DNA of 64,000 bases from a virus. Lineage: Duplodnaviria > Heunggongvirae > Uroviricota > Caudoviricetes. The stretch lies in the IMG/VR virus record IMGVR_UViG_3300021400_001110. One strand, written 5' to 3'. Under the pieces are notes generated by a model. It saw only the letters and a list, made by a program, of their open reading frames with translations. It was not told the origin of the DNA and ran no database searches. Of this stretch, positions 1-9,786 are shown piece after piece (position 1 is the first letter of the stretch; every line of letters begins with the position of its first letter). A program made the translations under genes and the position numbers.

Positions 1-115
1 GAAACAGATAAACATATTACTATTGCTCAAAACTACGGTATAAAACCTGAGCAAGTATGTAATCTTATAACTATTCCTAAGTGTAGTATAAGAAATATAA
101 GGGAAATCAAAGAAT
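1..115 (+). CDS. 3' end of an upstream gene (HTH-like C-terminus, partial)
   Basis: Open frame from base 1 to TGA 113-115; '..ITIAQNYGIKPEQVCNLI..' is HTH-like. Confidence 0.3.
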
Positions 116-121
116 GAAGTT

Positions 122-355
122 ATGAAAGCAAACGAAGCACCAGAGAAGATTTATGTTCAGGTTAAAAAAGGCAGAATACTTAATACATGGAATAGTGAGT
201 GGATAGGTGTTAATGACATTGAATACACCCGAACTGATGCCTTTATTGAGAAGGCTTGTGAATACCTTATGGAATATGAGTTCAACGATAGTTCAACTAT
301 TGCTGATAGAAGAAAAAGAGTTGACGAATTTATAAAATATATGAAAGGAGAATAA
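122..355 (+). CDS. hypothetical protein
   Basis: 77-aa ORF, ATG start, TAA stop, tight packing. Confidence 0.45.
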   Translation: MKANEAPEKIYVQVKKGRILNTWNSEWIGVNDIEYTRTDAFIEKACEYLMEYEFNDSSTIADRRKRVDEFIKYMKGE

Positions 356-357
356 GT

Positions 358-645
358 ATGAATTATAAAGTAGAAGGCAATATTATCTATCCAGATATGC
401 GGATGCTAACATGGGGAGAATTTTATTACCATTCAAGGGATAAGGCTGTTAAAAAGTCAGAAGAAATTCTGAAAGATATTACTGAATGGTGTAATGAAAA
501 AGATCCATCATTAAAGATCGAACCAAAAAATGTAAAAAGGTTGGATAAACGAATTATCTTTGAGATACAAGCATGGAAGAATGATGATAATCTTGAAAAT
601 TGTGATGGTATAATAACAGTTGAAGAAATTCATTTTGAAGATTAG
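358..645 (+). CDS. hypothetical protein
   Basis: 95-aa ORF; ends in TAG (643-645). Confidence 0.45.
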   Translation: MNYKVEGNIIYPDMRMLTWGEFYYHSRDKAVKKSEEILKDITEWCNEKDPSLKIEPKNVKRLDKRIIFEIQAWKNDDNLENCDGIITVEEIHFED

Positions 646-649
646 AGTT

Positions 650-1186
650 ATGGTCCAATACATACCAAAATCCGTTGTAGTTGCAAAGATATATAAGTTA
701 AAAAAATCTCATGATAATTGGTCTTGTATGGGGAAATGCTTTCATCAAGAATATGAAAACCTTTTATCTTTCATCGACACCCTTGAAGTAGTAGACCCAT
801 ACGAACAGTGTGTTCAATATCCAAGTATAGAAGATGGTATTAAAGCTCATGCTGAAGTTTATTCTTTCAACATAGAAAGTGAGCTGTTTAATCAACTGAC
901 AAAAGAACAGCAAGCGTTATGGAGAAAGGAAATAGAACAGGCTTGTATTAGTGGTGGTAATGCTGGTGTTGGACTTGCAAGAGATATTCGTTACAAAGAA
1001 AAAGTTGAAACGAAAGAGGTGGACTTGGAGAAACATCTGAAGGAAGATATTGGAGACGTTCTTTTTGACCTTAATGGAGTTGCCGTTAAAGGTGCGACAT
1101 ATTATCTTACTGTTGAAGATGTTAAAGATATTGCCAGACATTTTTTTGAACTTGGACTTAAAGCACAGAAAGGAGAAGGTGTATGA
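650..1186 (+). CDS. hypothetical protein
   Basis: Track start 620 is TTG; first ATG is 650-652, just after the previous stop; TGA stop. Confidence 0.45.
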   Translation: MVQYIPKSVVVAKIYKLKKSHDNWSCMGKCFHQEYENLLSFIDTLEVVDPYEQCVQYPSIEDGIKAHAEVYSFNIESELFNQLTKEQQALWRKEIEQACISGGNAGVGLARDIRYKEKVETKEVDLEKHLKEDIGDVLFDLNGVAVKGATYYLTVEDVKDIARHFFELGLKAQKGEGV

Positions 1187-1306
1187 TTTGGCTTACATTA
1201 TCTTGTCTTATGATAGCCCTTACAGTAGGAGGTTTGTTTTATATAATAGAACAAAATAATAAAATACAGAAGAATTATAAAAATACCAAAAAATGTATTT
1301 AGATTA

Positions 1307-1501
1307 ATGATTATAAATTTATCACCAGAACTAGTTATACATAAACTAGTAAATAAATTAGATGAAAAAGCTAAACAGTATGCTTATAGCACAGGGTCTT
1401 CTAATGATGATATAGTAAATGCCTATAAAGCAGGAACATTAAAAACATTAGAAGATGTTATAGATTTATTAAAAGAATACGCAGATTTACATGAATCCTA
1501 A
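1307..1501 (+). CDS. hypothetical protein
   Basis: 64-aa ORF after an AT-rich intergenic region. Confidence 0.35.
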   Translation: MIINLSPELVIHKLVNKLDEKAKQYAYSTGSSNDDIVNAYKAGTLKTLEDVIDLLKEYADLHES

Positions 1502-1632
1502 AATTATTTAATTATGAAGTACAAAAAAAGACTTAAAAATCTAGATGCACGTATTAAAGCGTGGGAAGCACGAGGAGGAAAGAATAAAGAGAGTGGACAT
1601 TTACACATGAAACCAGGATCTGAGAAAAAGTA

Positions 1633-2067
1633 ATGGTAACCAGAAAACTTAGCACTATTACTCCTGGATTTGATGTCAATTCTAAAAGTACTTTTCCTTA
1701 TTGGTTTGCTCATTGGTGTGCATTTCAAATGACTGCTCTTAATCTTGGTATTTGGAAACCAAAGTATTTATTTCATGATTGGGAAAAGCCTTGGTTACGA
1801 CTATTCTTACCTTATGAGAAAGTACAAAAATGGCATCGAGAGCATAGAAGACATCATGTTAATTATGGAGAAATTCACGGTTGGGATAAGGTTGACTGGG
1901 AAGAAATGTTAATTGACTGGGAATGTTGTCATTATACTAAGATAGCACAGCCTCTTAATGCTCCCGAAACTTTAGTAGAATTATTTTCAAGTAAACCTTA
2001 CTTTAGAATAATGCAAGATAATATATTACCTTTATTACAAAGAATTATAAAGCATGAAAATCGTTAA
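1633..2067 (+). CDS. hypothetical protein
   Basis: 144-aa ORF, ATG start. Confidence 0.45.
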   Translation: MVTRKLSTITPGFDVNSKSTFPYWFAHWCAFQMTALNLGIWKPKYLFHDWEKPWLRLFLPYEKVQKWHREHRRHHVNYGEIHGWDKVDWEEMLIDWECCHYTKIAQPLNAPETLVELFSSKPYFRIMQDNILPLLQRIIKHENR

Positions 2068-2284
2068 AAGTATTATTATATTTCTTTTAATAAGTATTTT
2101 ATGTGCTTGTTCTACTACTGATGATACTAATACTTGTCCACCAGAAATTGTAGAAAAAAGTACGTATATAGAAGTAAAACCCTTAATTTATAAAGGTCAT
2201 ACTTTTCTATGGTTTAGATCAAAACACGGAAAAGGATTTGGGGGAGTTTCTCACGATCCAGAATGTAAAAAATGTAACAAATGA
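2054..2284 (+). CDS. small putative lipoprotein
   Basis: N-terminal signal peptide with lipobox-like LISILCAC; Cys-rich C-terminus. Confidence 0.4.
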   Translation: MKIVKSIIIFLLISILCACSTTDDTNTCPPEIVEKSTYIEVKPLIYKGHTFLWFRSKHGKGFGGVSHDPECKKCNK

Positions 2285-2472
2285 CTTGGAAAAAAACTTT
2301 CTGTGTTCTAGGATGGTTAATATTATTCATTCTAGGACTTGACTTAGCCTTTGGATGGCTTAACTTAGCTAATACTGTAGCTAACATCGCTGGAGCATTT
2401 CTAGCATTATTCATAATTTTTATTTCTTTTAAAACAAAATGTTTCACTAATTTAAAATTTTGGAAAAAATGA
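2281..2472 (+). CDS. small membrane protein
   Basis: 63 aa, two hydrophobic helices; ATGA overlap with upstream gene. Confidence 0.4.
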   Translation: MTWKKTFCVLGWLILFILGLDLAFGWLNLANTVANIAGAFLALFIIFISFKTKCFTNLKFWKK

Positions 2473-3257
2473 AAAAACTTTTAGGAATTTTATTTGTTGC
2501 TCTACTTACTTTAATGAGTGTAACAAGTTGTGAGCGTATTGACGCAGGCTGTGAAGGTATTGAAGTCTCTTTATATGGAGACAATCGTGGTATTGGCGAA
2601 GTTAACCTGGTAACAGGTTGGGTATGGTATAATCCTTGGACAAAACAGATATATGAGTATCCTACTTATGTCCAGACTGTTGACTATGAACCATTTACAA
2701 TCAATGCAAAGGATGGTCCGCTCTTTACTATTGATCCTAATGTAAATATTAAGGTAGCTGATGGTAAGGCTCCACAAGTATTTAAGAAATATAGAAAAGA
2801 ACTAAATGATGTAATTCATGGTCCAGTTCTTAAATATATTAAGGATGCTTGTCGTATTGAAATTAATAAATTTACAACTGACCAAATTGTTTCTAATCGA
2901 GAGGCTGTTGAAAATGCTATCGAGAAACGTTTAACTGCTTCCCTTGCTAAAGAAGGATTTATATTGGATCAATTTACGTCTGGACTTACTTATCCAGAAT
3001 CTATTGTAGAATCCATTAATGCTAAAACAAAAGCAATTCAAGAAGCACAACGTGTAGAAAATGAAGTAGCTAAGACTAAGGCTGAAGCTGAAAAGAAACT
3101 TATTGCTGCTAGAGCAGAAAAAGAAGCTAATGAACTTAGAACTCAAGCTTTGACTCCTGCTATTCTACAACAAATGTGGATTGAAAAATGGGATGGTAAA
3201 CTTCCTGTTACAATGGCAGGAGGAGATTCTAAACTCCTTTTGAATTTACCTAAGTAA
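2469..3257 (+). CDS. SPFH (band-7/prohibitin/HflKC-like) domain lipoprotein
   Basis: Track start 2460 is TTG; first ATG is 2469. Signal peptide + lipobox LTLMSVTSC. Long SPFH-like core with a coiled-coil Ala/Glu/Lys-rich tail. Confidence 0.55.
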   Translation: MKKLLGILFVALLTLMSVTSCERIDAGCEGIEVSLYGDNRGIGEVNLVTGWVWYNPWTKQIYEYPTYVQTVDYEPFTINAKDGPLFTIDPNVNIKVADGKAPQVFKKYRKELNDVIHGPVLKYIKDACRIEINKFTTDQIVSNREAVENAIEKRLTASLAKEGFILDQFTSGLTYPESIVESINAKTKAIQEAQRVENEVAKTKAEAEKKLIAARAEKEANELRTQALTPAILQQMWIEKWDGKLPVTMAGGDSKLLLNLPK

Positions 3258-3262
3258 AAATT

Positions 3263-3502
3263 ATGATGCTAGGAATGTTAGTAAGTATTATTATCACTGC
3301 ATTATTGCTATATGTAGCATTTAATACAAAGTTCAATAATGAACGTTTACCTGTATGGACTTATTATGTAATTGCTTTACTTACTTTAGCTAGTTGGAAA
3401 TCTGCTATTGTTATGCTAGGTCTTTGCATATATAGTCTTTATAAAGGTATTAAGTCTGGAGATGTTGATACATTATCATGGATTGAGGACTTGTTTGATT
3501 AA
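3263..3502 (+). CDS. small membrane protein
   Basis: 79 aa, two predicted TM helices. Confidence 0.4.
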   Translation: MMLGMLVSIIITALLLYVAFNTKFNNERLPVWTYYVIALLTLASWKSAIVMLGLCIYSLYKGIKSGDVDTLSWIEDLFD

Positions 3503-3933
3503 TGTCAGATGAAGTTTATAGGTTTTTGAATTTTGAAGAAGCTGAAGTCTATAAAAATGAAGATTGGTTTTTTAAAGAAGCTAAACTTCTTCCAGATTTT
3601 GGCTGGGCAATTCCAGAAAAAAGATTACTCAAGGTGGTAGATAAGAAAAAGTTTTATAGGCAGAAATTACAAGAACTTATAGATGAGTTTGAATTCTGGA
3701 AGGTAGAAAATGTCATGGAAGTCTTAGAATGGACATGGGCTATTGGCTATCCGAAAAAAGATGACATGATAACAGTAGTTTGGGGTCTTTATGATAGTAT
3801 AGAAAATAGAATTCTAAGGGGAGAATATTGTTTTTGTGCTACAGGAGGTTTTAAACTTACTTTTAATCCAGATGAGGATAACGAACTATCTCTTGTATTT
3901 GAAGCTGTAACCAATTCTGTTTATGGTAATTGA
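3502..3933 (+). CDS. hypothetical protein
   Basis: 143-aa ORF, ATGA overlap upstream. Confidence 0.45.
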   Translation: MSDEVYRFLNFEEAEVYKNEDWFFKEAKLLPDFGWAIPEKRLLKVVDKKKFYRQKLQELIDEFEFWKVENVMEVLEWTWAIGYPKKDDMITVVWGLYDSIENRILRGEYCFCATGGFKLTFNPDEDNELSLVFEAVTNSVYGN

Positions 3934-4234
3934 GGAAAAAGACTTTCGAATGACACAAATTAGTCCTAGTTCACCTTTTTGGGATTTAGATTTATTAAAA
4001 ACTATTAAACCAAAAGGTGGAGAAGCTAGACAGGAATTTACTAATGTTGGTTACGGAATGACATTAGGGCACTGTCTTAAATCTATAGTGAATTTTAGAA
4101 TAGCTAACAGGCATCCAGAATCTGTACAACTTATACAGTATTTAAAAGAACTAATAGCTGAACTAAAAGAAGTTAAAGGTTATATTGATGAAGCAATCTT
4201 GGAAGACCAAAAAATTAAAGACAGAGCTGAATAG
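3923..4234 (+). CDS. hypothetical protein
   Basis: 103-aa ORF ending in TAG. Confidence 0.4.
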   Translation: MVIEEKDFRMTQISPSSPFWDLDLLKTIKPKGGEARQEFTNVGYGMTLGHCLKSIVNFRIANRHPESVQLIQYLKELIAELKEVKGYIDEAILEDQKIKDRAE

Positions 4235-4667
4235 GCTTTTTGCTTTTTTAGACAAGAACTACAACATTAATTGGGGTGGTTGTTGTTGGCTTACATACTG
4301 CTTAGCAAGTAACTTAGAGAGATTAAATATTCCATTTTCTTTAGTAATATATGATGAAGATAGAGATGCAGAGGAAGCTCGTAATAATATTATTGAGCGT
4401 AATTGTGCTTTCCCTACTGGAAGTGAAACCGCTTCTCATTATACTTTAAAAGTTAAAGGTCTTGGTATTCTTAATAAGAGTAAAGGAGATCCTTTTATAC
4501 TTGTTAAAGATATAGATTCAGAAGATATTCTTTGGATATATGAAGAAGGAGATTGGAATGATTGTTATAATTCTAGATTAAATTATGAAATTAAAAACTT
4601 AATAGACATCGTTTTTCAAATTTATGAAAAAGAAATCTATGCAACCGAAAGTAATAGAGGATATTAG
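4185..4667 (+). CDS. hypothetical protein
   Basis: 160-aa ORF; overlaps the upstream gene by ~50 nt; ends in TAG. Confidence 0.4.
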   Translation: MMKQSWKTKKLKTELNRLFAFLDKNYNINWGGCCWLTYCLASNLERLNIPFSLVIYDEDRDAEEARNNIIERNCAFPTGSETASHYTLKVKGLGILNKSKGDPFILVKDIDSEDILWIYEEGDWNDCYNSRLNYEIKNLIDIVFQIYEKEIYATESNRGY

Positions 4668-4884
4668 ATGTCCTAAATGTGGGAGAGTAACTCACCATTA
4701 TCTTAACAAAGAAACTGGCGAATACAGATGCGTAGTTTGTCAGAGTGTTAATTTAACAATTAAAGTGAAGCCCAAGATGGAGGTTGTTTTTGAGGCTGAC
4801 CCAGAATTAGAAGCTTCACTTAACCCTGATCCAATAGAAGAGACTCCAAGTACATCAAGTGAGAGTCCAGTATTGAATGATTAA
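4624..4884 (+). CDS. zinc-ribbon protein
   Basis: CPKCG...CVVCQ four-Cys ribbon; acidic C-terminal tail. Confidence 0.4.
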   Translation: MKKKSMQPKVIEDIRCPKCGRVTHHYLNKETGEYRCVVCQSVNLTIKVKPKMEVVFEADPELEASLNPDPIEETPSTSSESPVLND

Positions 4885-4920
4885 GGAAACCCAGTTTGAA
4901 ACTATAAAATTATTTACAAA

Positions 4921-5391
4921 ATGAAAGATTTAAAAGACAACCTTCCTCAAATTGAGGACGACATTTGGGTTGATGTGCATGACCATGATTTAATGGTGGA
5001 ACTTGGATTACGCAACCCTTTTTACAAGGGACGTGATCCAAAAGTGTGGAGCAAAACAGCTGCTGAGAAAAAACTTCTTAAGCAACTAAAGTACAGATGT
5101 ACTACTATTCTTCCTAAAGGATGGCCTGATACTCCTGTACGCTCTCACTTCTTCTCGGATCTTATTGTTAGAATCCGTCCTAGCAATAAGTTTAAATTTA
5201 AGGACAAGCATGGTAATGAGCAGAAGAAAACTTACTTCTCTCATAAAAATGTTTGTGAGTCTGATATTCCTAACATACTAGCTAAATACTATGTATGGAA
5301 GGATAAAGCACGTCAGACTTTGGTAATCTCGTATGTATGGAATGGAAAAACATACCTCTCCAACGAGTTACCTAACATCAGACGGAAGTAG
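4921..5391 (+). CDS. hypothetical protein
   Basis: 156-aa ORF; ends in TAG. Confidence 0.45.
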   Translation: MKDLKDNLPQIEDDIWVDVHDHDLMVELGLRNPFYKGRDPKVWSKTAAEKKLLKQLKYRCTTILPKGWPDTPVRSHFFSDLIVRIRPSNKFKFKDKHGNEQKKTYFSHKNVCESDIPNILAKYYVWKDKARQTLVISYVWNGKTYLSNELPNIRRK

Positions 5392-5692
5392 AATTTGTCC
5401 AGCTCCGTACTTTCTTTATGAAGTAACAACATATAAATTGTATAATGCTAAACAAGCTTTTCCTTCTAAGGGAAGAGCGGAGCTGATAAATTCCAAATTC
5501 TTTAAATCTTCCAAGCCTCTAAAAACTTTAGATTATAAGATTTTAAGAACACCAGATTATACATTGGAGCAATCAGTGACTTGGTTGGGAGCTCCAATAG
5601 AATATATAATAGATAACCATTTACCAATTTACGATCCTAAGAAAAAGAATGAAAAAAGACATCGTAATGTACAAAAACGGAAGCTTCGTTGA
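5333..5692 (+). CDS. hypothetical protein
   Basis: 119-aa ORF overlapping neighbours; basic C-terminus; uncertain. Confidence 0.25.
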   Translation: MYGMEKHTSPTSYLTSDGSRICPAPYFLYEVTTYKLYNAKQAFPSKGRAELINSKFFKSSKPLKTLDYKILRTPDYTLEQSVTWLGAPIEYIIDNHLPIYDPKKKNEKRHRNVQKRKLR

Positions 5693-6212
5693 CTTCCAAG
5701 GCGTAACACGTCAATTTATCGTTTGTGCTTTAAGCACTAGTTCTTTTAACAATGAATCTGATTACACTGAACTAACTTGTTCCACTAATGGAATATTAGA
5801 AGGTGCTATGATTCTTCCTAGAGCCGTATTTATAGGAGTTTCAGTATGTAATCCTATAGATGAGTGGGATGAGGAGAAAGGCAAGATGATTGCTCTATCT
5901 AAAGCTAAAGGATTTAAGCTCACTGCTCCAGAAAAGTCAGCTGCTTTATTTGCAACTCGTGCAGGACTTATAAGTGAGATTATGGTCCAAGCACTTCTTG
6001 TTAAAGAGGTAGAACATGTAGCAGCAGATCCTGGGAGTGTAATTAAGGGCTATAATCAAATGAAAGCCCGTTGGGAAAAAGAGCAAGCTGAAAAGAAGTT
6101 TTTAGAAGAAACTCCCCAAGAGCTTATGGAACTAGGAAGCAGACTTGCGACCCTCAAGGAAGAAGAAATAGGACGTGTTATTAGTGTCGCTTTAATCAAG
6201 GCTAATGAATAA
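5649..6212 (+). CDS. hypothetical protein
   Basis: 187-aa ORF. Confidence 0.45.
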   Translation: MKKDIVMYKNGSFVDFQGVTRQFIVCALSTSSFNNESDYTELTCSTNGILEGAMILPRAVFIGVSVCNPIDEWDEEKGKMIALSKAKGFKLTAPEKSAALFATRAGLISEIMVQALLVKEVEHVAADPGSVIKGYNQMKARWEKEQAEKKFLEETPQELMELGSRLATLKEEEIGRVISVALIKANE

Positions 6213-6561
6213 AACTTATATAGGTGCCCTACTTTGCTCTTTAGCAATTGTAGGGTGCCTTTGTTATTGGGGACTTTCCTTTTCTAATAGAGGTATTTCT
6301 ACAGAAGAAAAACTTTTAAAAGAGATGGAGGTTATCAGTAATAAAGTTGATTCTATTAAGAGAGCTAATGACAGTTTAAAAGTAATTATAGACACTACTG
6401 AAGTAGAAATAGAACATGTTTATGAAAACTATATACAAGTTCGCGAGCATATTATTACTCAGTCTATTGATTCCGACTGTGTGTTCTTCTCAAACTATCT
6501 ATCCGAGGATAACAGAAGATTCATTGATACTATTGACTTCAAAACAATTGAAACACACTAA
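6205..6561 (+). CDS. membrane-anchored coiled-coil protein
   Basis: N-terminal hydrophobic or lipoprotein-like segment (..LAIVGCLC..). Confidence 0.4.
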   Translation: MNKTYIGALLCSLAIVGCLCYWGLSFSNRGISTEEKLLKEMEVISNKVDSIKRANDSLKVIIDTTEVEIEHVYENYIQVREHIITQSIDSDCVFFSNYLSEDNRRFIDTIDFKTIETH

Positions 6562-6829
6562 CTTAATATTCGCCGAGCATCAAATGCTGTTGAAAAAAGT
6601 TGACCTATTAGAAAGTCAAACTCGGCAATATAAGTTGATGATTCATAATTATGAAGAAACTGATTCTTTGAATCAAAAGTTTGTTGAAGCCCAAGAGTCT
6701 TACTATATTAGTAGACTGTCTTCTCTTAATGAAAGTCTTAATAAAGAAAAAAAGAAAAAAACTCTTTATAAAGCTGGTTTATTTGGGACTATAGGTGCAG
6801 CGATACTTGCCCTAATAGTTATTAAATGA
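6416..6829 (+). CDS. hypothetical protein with C-terminal TM helix (start uncertain)
   Basis: Overlaps 6205..6561 in another frame; an alternative ATG near 6584 lies just after the upstream stop; C-terminal TM segment. Confidence 0.3.
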   Translation: MFMKTIYKFASILLLSLLIPTVCSSQTIYPRITEDSLILLTSKQLKHTNLIFAEHQMLLKKVDLLESQTRQYKLMIHNYEETDSLNQKFVEAQESYYISRLSSLNESLNKEKKKKTLYKAGLFGTIGAAILALIVIK

Positions 6830-6978
6830 AGCACGCAAGACTTGATAAAGATTCGGCTGGAGTTAAATACAAGTACTTAAATAGAACTTGTAAAGAGTGT
6901 AAAAGGTTTCCCTGTTTTGAAGGAATCGAGATTTGCTTATGTGATTTTGCTAAATATGGCTGTAAACTTTATATTTAA
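6826..6978 (+). CDS. small Cys-rich protein (zinc-finger-like)
   Basis: 50-aa ORF absent from the track (<60 aa); ATGA overlap upstream, TAATG overlap downstream; CKECKRFPC..C.C..C. Confidence 0.3.
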   Translation: MKHARLDKDSAGVKYKYLNRTCKECKRFPCFEGIEICLCDFAKYGCKLYI

Positions 6979-7283
6979 TGACAACCATCTTTTCCAGATT
7001 AGAAGCTAAGGTTGATGAAGGTCTTGGCTATACCACTTATGTTTTTGTAAACTTAGAGGAATCTAAATGGGATACAAAGTATAAAATGGTAACTAGGTGT
7101 CCCAACTGGGATCATAGAAATATTAATGTTGGAGAAGAAGGTTTTCTTACTTATGAAGATCATATAGCTGGTAATTCACAATGGTTTGACGGTAAACAAA
7201 TGCAATTTTACCGTTATACTATGTCTCAATTCATGAAATTCGTAGCTAAACCAAAAGAAATTAAAGAAGATTTTATTATGTAA
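6978..7283 (+). CDS. hypothetical protein
   Basis: 101-aa ORF. Confidence 0.45.
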   Translation: MTTIFSRLEAKVDEGLGYTTYVFVNLEESKWDTKYKMVTRCPNWDHRNINVGEEGFLTYEDHIAGNSQWFDGKQMQFYRYTMSQFMKFVAKPKEIKEDFIM

Positions 7284-7323
7284 CAGATTATTTTAGAAAA
7301 TTTATAAGTAAAACAATTATTTA

Positions 7324-8214
7324 ATGGGAATATTAGGTGAAAAAATCGCAGCAGCACAGGAAGCAAAGAGTAATGACATTAACACTTTCGTATGGAAAGG
7401 TCCAAAGAAAGAAGTAAATGGCAAAATAGTACAAGAAGAAATCTTATTAAAGGATGCTTCAGAAGAGCAACTTAAGCACTTCCTAGCCCACTGTAACTCA
7501 ATGCTTTATAGTAAGGATAAGGATAATCCTGGAAGATATCCACTTCTTAAAATCATCAAAGAGCAGCGTGACAAATGTAATGCTGAACTTTATATAAGAT
7601 GGTTAGAAAATAAGTATAAAAAGGATTCTCCAGCTCCTAGAAAGGAATATCCTCGTTATCTTTACCAACAAGACATCAGAACCATATTAACTAATAACCG
7701 TGAAATGTTCGAAAAGGACAAACTTGACCAATATCCCATTGAGCAGATTACTAGTGGAGTTCCTACAGAATTCCGTGATGTAACTATAGCTCTTGCACAG
7801 GATGCTTGTCTTGGAACTTTAGGAGATTTTAATAAGAAACATCTATCTCTTAACTTTATCACCAAACTCGGACTTTGGTTTACTCCTGCAGAAATAAAGG
7901 ATTTAACTGAAAAAGATGAAAATGGTAAAAACAAAGATAGATTAGATGTAATTCGTGAACGTCACGGATTGAAGCCCAATGTAGGTCTTTATGTAAATCC
8001 GAAAGGATTAACCTATACAGAGCTTCGTGCTATGTTAAATCTTAAAAGTAAGAGTCGCAAATATTCTGATTTGACTACAGATCAACTTACTACTTTGCGT
8101 GATCGTGTACTTTTCTTCTTCGAAGAAGAGGTAGAGAAACACATTAAGCAGTGGGAAGAAAGAAAGAGTCAAATAATGAAAGTTGCTGAATCTAGAGGTA
8201 TCGATGTTCAGTAA
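7324..8214 (+). CDS. hypothetical protein
   Basis: 296-aa ORF. Confidence 0.5.
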   Translation: MGILGEKIAAAQEAKSNDINTFVWKGPKKEVNGKIVQEEILLKDASEEQLKHFLAHCNSMLYSKDKDNPGRYPLLKIIKEQRDKCNAELYIRWLENKYKKDSPAPRKEYPRYLYQQDIRTILTNNREMFEKDKLDQYPIEQITSGVPTEFRDVTIALAQDACLGTLGDFNKKHLSLNFITKLGLWFTPAEIKDLTEKDENGKNKDRLDVIRERHGLKPNVGLYVNPKGLTYTELRAMLNLKSKSRKYSDLTTDQLTTLRDRVLFFFEEEVEKHIKQWEERKSQIMKVAESRGIDVQ

Positions 8215-8297
8215 TTTACTTTACACAGTTGGGGAGGTATTAATTATCTTCCCAATTGTTTTGCTTGAGTCTCTTACCTATCTAATATGTGGGATAG

Positions 8298-9581
8298 TTG
8301 AGGGAATTGGAATTATTTAAAGCAGTTGATAGGACAACTAGACAAGAAGAATGTAGAAAAACTTGGATTAAAAATAAATGTGTTGGGACAATAGTAGCAG
8401 CAACAGGATTTGGAAAGACTAGAGTTGGACTTAATTGTGCTGAGACTATAGTTAAACATTATCCTAATTTTAGGCTATTAGTAGTAGTTCCAACTGATAC
8501 CTTACAAAAACAATGGAAAAAGCAACTGGATGAAAGAGGTCTTGGACTTAATTGTGATGTAATGGTAATTAACACTGCCGTAAAAGAAAGACGGCAGTAC
8601 CATATGATAATACTAGATGAAATTCATAGATATGCTTCTGATGTATTTTCTCTCATATTTAAAAATGTAGGTTATAAGTATATTCTAGGACTTACAGCTA
8701 CATTTGAGAGATTAGATGGTAAAGAAGTATTCATATCTAAGCATTGCCCCGTTATTGATACTATTACTCTTGAAGATGCACTAGCTAATGGTTGGGTATC
8801 TCCTTACGTAGAGTATGAGGTACTTATTGATGTTGATAACATAGAAGAATGGAACAATATGAATAAAGAATTTACAGAGCATTATGAATTCTTTAACTAT
8901 GATTGGAACCTCATAAATACTATGACAGGTCCAACTGGTTGGAAGAATAGACAGGCATATCGTGATAGAATATGTCCTGCTGATGCTTCTGAATCTGTTC
9001 GTAAACAAATTCTTACTAATATTACATATCATGCTATGGGGTTTATGAGATTAATGCAAGCTCGTAAGAAATTTATTACAGAGCATCCTAAAAAAGTAGA
9101 ACTTGCTCGTAAGATAATAGAAGCTCGACTTGATAAAAAGATAGTTACATTCTCTAAAAAAGTATCTATTGCTGAACAAATAGGTTATGGAGATGTATAT
9201 ACAGGAAAGGTTTCTAAAAAGAGAGGAGCTAATATTCTAGAAAACTTTAATAATCAGGTAGCAGGAGTTCTCAATTCCTGTGAAAAGATTAATGAAGGTC
9301 TAGATGTAAAAGGATTATCTGTAGCTATTATACTTGGTCTTGATTCAGCTAAATTAAAGGCTGTTCAGAGAGTTGGAAGAGTAATTCGATATGAGCCTGG
9401 TAAACAAGCAGAAATATTTAATCTTATCCTTAACAATACTGTTGAAACTAAGTGGTTTTCAACTTCCCATCCTGATGGAAATTATAAAGTCATCGATGAG
9501 ACTGGCCTAGATAAAGTATTAAGAGGAGAAGACCCAGGAGAATATGTCAAACCAGCAGCAAAGTTTGTATTCAGATTCTAA
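8298..9581 (+). CDS. SF2 (DEAD/DEAH-box) helicase
   Basis: Motif I AATGFGKT, motif II DEIH, motif III TAT, motif VI QRVGRVIR; TTG start directly after an in-frame TAG. Confidence 0.65.
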   Translation: MRELELFKAVDRTTRQEECRKTWIKNKCVGTIVAATGFGKTRVGLNCAETIVKHYPNFRLLVVVPTDTLQKQWKKQLDERGLGLNCDVMVINTAVKERRQYHMIILDEIHRYASDVFSLIFKNVGYKYILGLTATFERLDGKEVFISKHCPVIDTITLEDALANGWVSPYVEYEVLIDVDNIEEWNNMNKEFTEHYEFFNYDWNLINTMTGPTGWKNRQAYRDRICPADASESVRKQILTNITYHAMGFMRLMQARKKFITEHPKKVELARKIIEARLDKKIVTFSKKVSIAEQIGYGDVYTGKVSKKRGANILENFNNQVAGVLNSCEKINEGLDVKGLSVAIILGLDSAKLKAVQRVGRVIRYEPGKQAEIFNLILNNTVETKWFSTSHPDGNYKVIDETGLDKVLRGEDPGEYVKPAAKFVFRF

Positions 9582-9786
9582 CTTTTGGAAGAAAGCTAGA
9601 GAATTATTTACAACGGAAGTTGGTATAAAAGTAGATGTAAATGGAAATTGGTATTGGATATGCGAACGTCCTAAAAAGGATCATGAAGGATTTCATTGGT
9701 CTCCCAATAGTTTTCCAACAGCTAAAGATGCAGAACAAGATTTAATAACTTTTCTCAAGAATTATGAAGGGTTCAGAAATGGTTGA
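9544..9786 (+). CDS. hypothetical protein
   Basis: 80-aa ORF. Confidence 0.35.
   Translation: MSNQQQSLYSDSNFWKKARELFTTEVGIKVDVNGNWYWICERPKKDHEGFHWSPNSFPTAKDAEQDLITFLKNYEGFRNG

Noticed and set aside
1050-1259. ORF 1050..1259 (+), also 21566..21766 (-), 22429..22629 (+), 33093..34111 (-)
   Set aside because: These are alternative-frame ORFs nested within stronger genes. They are most likely spurious.
6205-6829. Two overlapping ORFs (6205..6561 and 6416..6829) that each begin with a signal-peptide-like segment
   Set aside because: Not resolved. One of the two N-termini is probably a frame artefact. 6416..6829 may start at an ATG near 6584, directly after the 6561 stop. Both are reported at low confidence instead of proposing a programmed frameshift.
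8231-8275. Putative terminator ggggagg..cttccca after gene 7324..8214
   Set aside because: The stem is imperfect (ggggagg versus gggaag) and the T-run is weak. Kept only as a possibility.
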